Source of the DNA: an uncultured Verrucomicrobiae bacterium
GTDB taxonomy: Bacteria > Chlamydiota > Chlamydiia > Chlamydiales > Rhabdochlamydiaceae
Length of the DNA: 64,000 bases
NCBI GenBank assembly: GCA_963718565.1
Contig: OY970364.1
Coordinates: 288,001-352,000, forward strand
Reading direction: 5' to 3'
Both the position numbers and the translations under genes were made by a program. The notes under the pieces were generated by a model, which was given only the letters and a program-made list of their open reading frames with translations, did no database searches and had not been told where the DNA came from. This document shows, in pieces, positions 59,500 through 64,000 of this stretch; position 1 is the first letter of the stretch, and every line of letters begins with the position of its first letter.

Positions 59500-62336
59500 C
59501 TAATTCATTTCTTCGAGTTTGCGCATCGTCTCGCTCAGCCCTTTTTCCGTTTGTGTTAAACTGTTTTTCAGCTTTTCGACCAACTGAGGCGGGGCTTTTT
59601 CTAAAAATGCACTGTTTGCTAGTTGCTCCCGTAAGCTATTTTGCTGGACGATGTATTTATCGCGCTCTTTGACAAGCCGCACTTTTTCTTTTTCCTGGAG
59701 TTCTTGTGGCAGAGGAATGACTAATTTCAAATTGCCGACGATGGAGCTGGCGCTGAACTCTACTTTTTTCTCTTCTTGGGAAAAAGTGATGTTCTGGGTG
59801 CGGACGAGGGCTTGGATAATTCCTAAATTACTTTCAACAAGAATGCGTTGCGGGTCTTCAGGGGACGAATGGACGTGCAAATCGGTGGCAGTACCCGGAG
59901 GAAGCTGCATTTCGGCACGGATATTGCGCACAGTGCGGATCACCTCATCCAAAAATGCAAAGGTGTTTTCGATCTGGGGATTGATGTCATTTGGGCGAGT
60001 GACTTTGGGATAAGGAGCGACGATGCACGCAGGCTTTAAAAGAGCATGGATTGTCTCCAGTGTGTAGGGGTCGGCTTTTTCTTTTCCGGTGAGTTCCGAA
60101 AATTTCGCTTTGAGCATCTGGAACAGCTCCTCCGTGATGAATGGAGCCATGGGGTGCATGAGACGAATGGCATTGCATAGGATGATACAGAGAACTCTTT
60201 GTTTGGTCTCTTTTTGAGCTTCAGTGCCGATTTTGCCGAAGAGAACCGGTTTGACGAGCTCGACGTAATAAGCGCAGAATTCTTTCCAGAAAAAGTCATA
60301 GGCAGTGACGGCTGCGCGGTCAAAGGCGTAGTCGGTCAAATACTGATTGACATCTTGAATGGTGCGATTGAGCAAAGACAGGATCCAGCGATCTTCTAGA
60401 GCAAGGGATTCGAGGTCCAGCCCTTTAGCAAAAGTTTCTGCAGAAAGGCTTTCAATATTCAGGAAGACGAAACGGGCGCCATTCCAAATCTTGTTGATAA
60501 AGTTCTTAAATTCCTCAAAACGTCTGCGATCGAGATCGATCTGCCGTGCTTGTGTCGCACTAGCGCACAAACCCATGCGCATGGCATCGGTTCCATAACT
60601 GTCGATAATCTCAATCGGATCGATGATATTGCCTTTTGACTTTGACATCTTTTCCCATTTTGAATGAACTTCCGGCGGAACGCTTTGGCCCAAGTCATAG
60701 GAGAGGCGTTCTTTGGGGCTCACATAGGCGATGGTCCATCCTTTTGATGGCGCCAATACGATTTGCCGTAGATCAAGCCATGTAAAAATGTCTCTGGGAA
60801 GGGAGGAATGTTATATTCATATTCTCCCATTAAAATCATCCGCGCGACCCAGAAAAAGAGAATATCGTGGCCTGTGATGAGTGTGCTGTTGGGATAGAAT
60901 TTCTTCAGATCCTCTGTTTGATCCGGCCATCCCAGAACGCTAAATGGCCAGAGCGCTGATGAAAACCACGTATCGAGAACATCTTCATCTTGGACCCAGG
61001 CATGGGGCTCTTTTTTAACCTCAGGAGGCTGATCGTCACCAGCGTAGCAAATCATCGCATCAGGATCGTCTTTGCGATACCAAATAGGAATACGATGGCC
61101 CCACCATAGCTGGCGAGAAATGCACCAGTCGCGCAAGTTGTCGATCCAATGGAAATAGGTGTTTTCCCAGTTGGAGGGGATGAGCCTGACTTTTTTCTCT
61201 TGGACGACTTTACGCAGCATCTCTTTAAATCCGCTCATGCGCACAAACCATTGTTTGGACAGATAAGGTTCAATGATGGCTTTAGAGCGATAGGAGATGC
61301 CAACGCGATGGCGGTGCGGTTCGATTTTGACAAGGAGGCCTTGCTCCTTCATCGCTTTAACGACAGCCTCACGCCCCTCTTCCCTTGTCATTCCCGCGAA
61401 TTTTCCAGCATTTTCATTCATGCGGCCATCGGGGGTCATCACATTGAGAAAAGGAAGCTTGTGGTTTAATCCTATCTCGTAGTCATTTGGATCATGAGCA
61501 GGCGTAATTTTCACGACACCCGTACCAAAGGTAGGATCGACAAAGCGGTCTGCGATCATAGGAATTTCATGATGAGTTAACGGATGGAGGATTTTTTTAC
61601 CGACAAATTCTTCATAACGATCGTCGGTCGGTGACACAGCAATTGCTGTATCACCGAGCATGGTTTCGGGTCGCGTGGTCGCGATGATGACATCGCCGCT
61701 TTTATCAATGAACGGATAACGAAAGTACCAGAGGAAAGAATCCTTGTCCTCGTATTCCACTTCATCATCGGCTAGTGCTGTTTGGGTCACGGGATCCCAA
61801 TTGACGAGATAATCTCCACGATAGATCAGATTAGCGTCGAACATCTTTTTAAACATCGCTTGCACAGCGCGATTGCGCTTTTCATCCATCGTAAATGCCA
61901 GACGAGACCAGTCGCAGGAACAGCCGACCTTTTTTAGCTGACTCAGGATTTGCTTTTCGCTGTTTTCTTTCCAACTCCAGACATGTTCGAGGAATTCTTC
62001 GCGTGAAAAATCTTTACGGCGTTTTCCCTGTGAGGCAATCAAGTGCCGCTCGACAACTGTTTGTGTGGCAATGCCGGCATGATCGGTCCCAGGCACCCAA
62101 AGCGCTTCAAACCCGGACATCCTTTTCCAGCGGATAAGCACATCTTGCAAAGTATCGACAAGAGCATGTCCCATGTGGAGCACGCCGGTGACGTTCGGTG
62201 GCGGAATGGAGATGCAATAAGCAGGCTTGGAAGATTGATTGTCGGCATTGAAAAACCTGTTCTCTTGCCAGAATGTGTACCATTTTTCTTCGATATCTTT
62301 GGCAATGAAGGCTTTTGGAAGTTGCTGTTCGCTCAT
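59500..62336 (-). CDS. valS: Valine--tRNA ligase (one frameshift near 60735)
   Basis: PPPNVTGVLHMGH, DWCISRQLWWGH, DVLDTWFSS, KMSKS and C-terminal coiled coil. Confidence 0.97.
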
Positions 62337-62677
62337 AGAGATTATGTTTTAAATTAAGAATGGATTTTAGAATATACTGCGCCCAGTCTAACATACTCAA
62401 GTAGAATAGGGCAAAGGGGATTAAAAGAGTGTGTTAACACGCTCTATAAGAGTGTAAATAACTTCTTTAAAGTTTTCTGCATCAACCTGATATACAATAG
62501 TTTAAAGTCGCGTAAGCTCAAAAAAATAACCACCTTTTCTTTTCATTTGCATCAAGGTTGTAAATATTATTATTTTAACAAATGCCTTGAATTTATATTA
62601 AATTATTTATTATAATTAGAGAATTAAAACAGTTATTCGCTGAAATAACAAAAAACCTTTAAATAAAGGAATTTATT

Positions 62678-64000
62678 ATGAGCTCATCTATCGGCCATCC
62701 AAGCCTTAAAGTTGACACTTTACCCTACAACACCTCAATTTTAGAGGTGCCATTAGAAATCACCTGTCTATTTTTCACCTGGTTGACTGCTCAGGAAATC
62801 GGAACAGCTCCCCTCGTCTGCAAACAATGGCATCAAATACTAGAGAAGGATGATGTTTGGCGCATACTACTTTATCGTTATTTTCCAGATATTAACCACA
62901 GCATTGTTAAAAACTTTAAAAACTTTAGGGATGCTTGCCAAACTATTCTCTGCAATTTTGACAAAGTACTGTATGTTTCATATACCCTTCCAGGACACAA
63001 AGTAGATAGAGAGCTGGTTGCATTTGTTACTATTAATGGTAATACACTCTTTTCGGTTGATGATGCCTGCAGAATCAAGGGCTGGGATCTAAACACAAAA
63101 AAATGCATAATGACTCTTCAAGACTCTGAAAGTGAAAGAATTACCTCTCTTGCTGTTTCTGCTGTTTCTGGCAGAAGAGTCTTTTGTGGTGCTGATGAGT
63201 GTACACTCACAGTCTGGGATATAGATAATGGAGTTTGCCAAGGAGTCTTCGGCGTAGGCGGGGCGTATGCACGTAAAAGCCACTCGGTTGGCTCTCTTAT
63301 CACGGATGGGGATGGTAAGACGCTCTATTCGGGTGCTGATGACGGTACAATTACGATTTGGGATCTTAAGACAGGAGCGTGCGAAAGGATTATCGAAGGG
63401 CACAGATGGGCAGTGTGCTCTCTTGCCATTACTCATGATGGGCAACTTATTTCTGCCTATCGGGGCGGCGCAATTAAGATCTGGAATCCTAAGACAGGAG
63501 AGTGCGCAAGGGTTATCAGGGAGCGCACATACGGACTGGACTCTGAGCATTCTGTCATTATTAATCACGCTCTTGTCATTACTGGTAGGGGGGAACTTGT
63601 TTCTGGCTCTGGAGACGGCGAAATCAAGATCTGGAATCCTAACACAGGAGAGTGCACAATGACCATTTCAACAGGTGGTGGAGTTGAGATTGTTGAGAGA
63701 CCTTGGCCTCTTGCCACTGCTTATAGAAAACTGTTTTCCACAGACACCGACGGCAAAATCAAGGTTTGGGATCTTGATACAGGAAAATGCACAGCGACCT
63801 TTTCGGTAAGGGTGCCCCTTTTAGAAATGGAGGGGGGCCGTGGGTATCGTTTTTCTAGCTCGTTTGGTTTTGGTAGTGGGAAGCTTGCCGCGCTACCCGG
63901 AGACGGCACAATCAAAATCTTGGATTTTACAGCAAGCCACAGCGCAATTTTTGAAGAGATTGCTAGATTGTTAGACAAAGGAACTCCGGAAGCCACTCGG
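62678..64000 (+). CDS. F-box plus WD40-repeat protein (runs off the window; not in the ORF track)
   Basis: Hand translation is open to the window end: ILEVPLEITCLFFTWL...LVCKQWHQIL..DDVW (F-box), then repeats such as LYSGADDGTITIWD and LVSGSGDGEIKIWN; RBS AAGGA. Confidence 0.88.
   Translation, partial: MSSSIGHPSLKVDTLPYNTSILEVPLEITCLFFTWLTAQEIGTAPLVCKQWHQILEKDDVWRILLYRYFPDINHSIVKNFKNFRDACQTILCNFDKVLYVSYTLPGHKVDRELVAFVTINGNTLFSVDDACRIKGWDLNTKKCIMTLQDSESERITSLAVSAVSGRRVFCGADECTLTVWDIDNGVCQGVFGVGGAYARKSHSVGSLITDGDGKTLYSGADDGTITIWDLKTGACERIIEGHRWAVCSLAITHDGQLISAYRGGAIKIWNPKTGECARVIRERTYGLDSEHSVIINHALVITGRGELVSGSGDGEIKIWNPNTGECTMTISTGGGVEIVERPWPLATAYRKLFSTDTDGKIKVWDLDTGKCTATFSVRVPLLEMEGGRGYRFSSSFGFGSGKLAALPGDGTIKILDFTASHSAIFEEIARLLDKGTPEATR

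Noticed and set aside
60720..60756. Naturally split valS
   Set aside because: Adding one base (GGA ACC ATC) restores a continuous protein just before KMSKS; a sequencing error is more likely.

Overview
Chromosomal window from an environmental chlamydia (phylum Chlamydiota). The gene order follows the conserved chlamydial backbone: DUF1207 / LOG-like / MYG1 / HIT / HEAT genes; sufE, infA, tRNA-Thr, tuf, tRNA-Trp, secE, nusG, rplKAJL, rpoBC; tal; a V-type ATPase operon with two K subunits; fumC, a DAHP synthase and valS. Many mobile sequences are inserted into it. These are an IS66-like element with self-complementary ends and a nested IS3, a second IS3 nested in an IS5/IS1182-like remnant, an ISAs1, and at least four families of short palindromic or MITE-like repeats, two 258-bp copies of which bracket infA. 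Candidate host-interaction genes include Inc-like proteins, a hydrolase plus lipoprotein pair resembling toxin-immunity modules, a protein with possible tandem HEPN-like domains, an OGFr-domain protein, and an F-box/WD40 protein missed by the ORF track. tuf, rplK, rplA, rpoB, rpoC and valS are frameshifted; the pattern points to assembly consensus errors, not pseudogenes. All family assignments come from motif recognition by eye; no database search was run.
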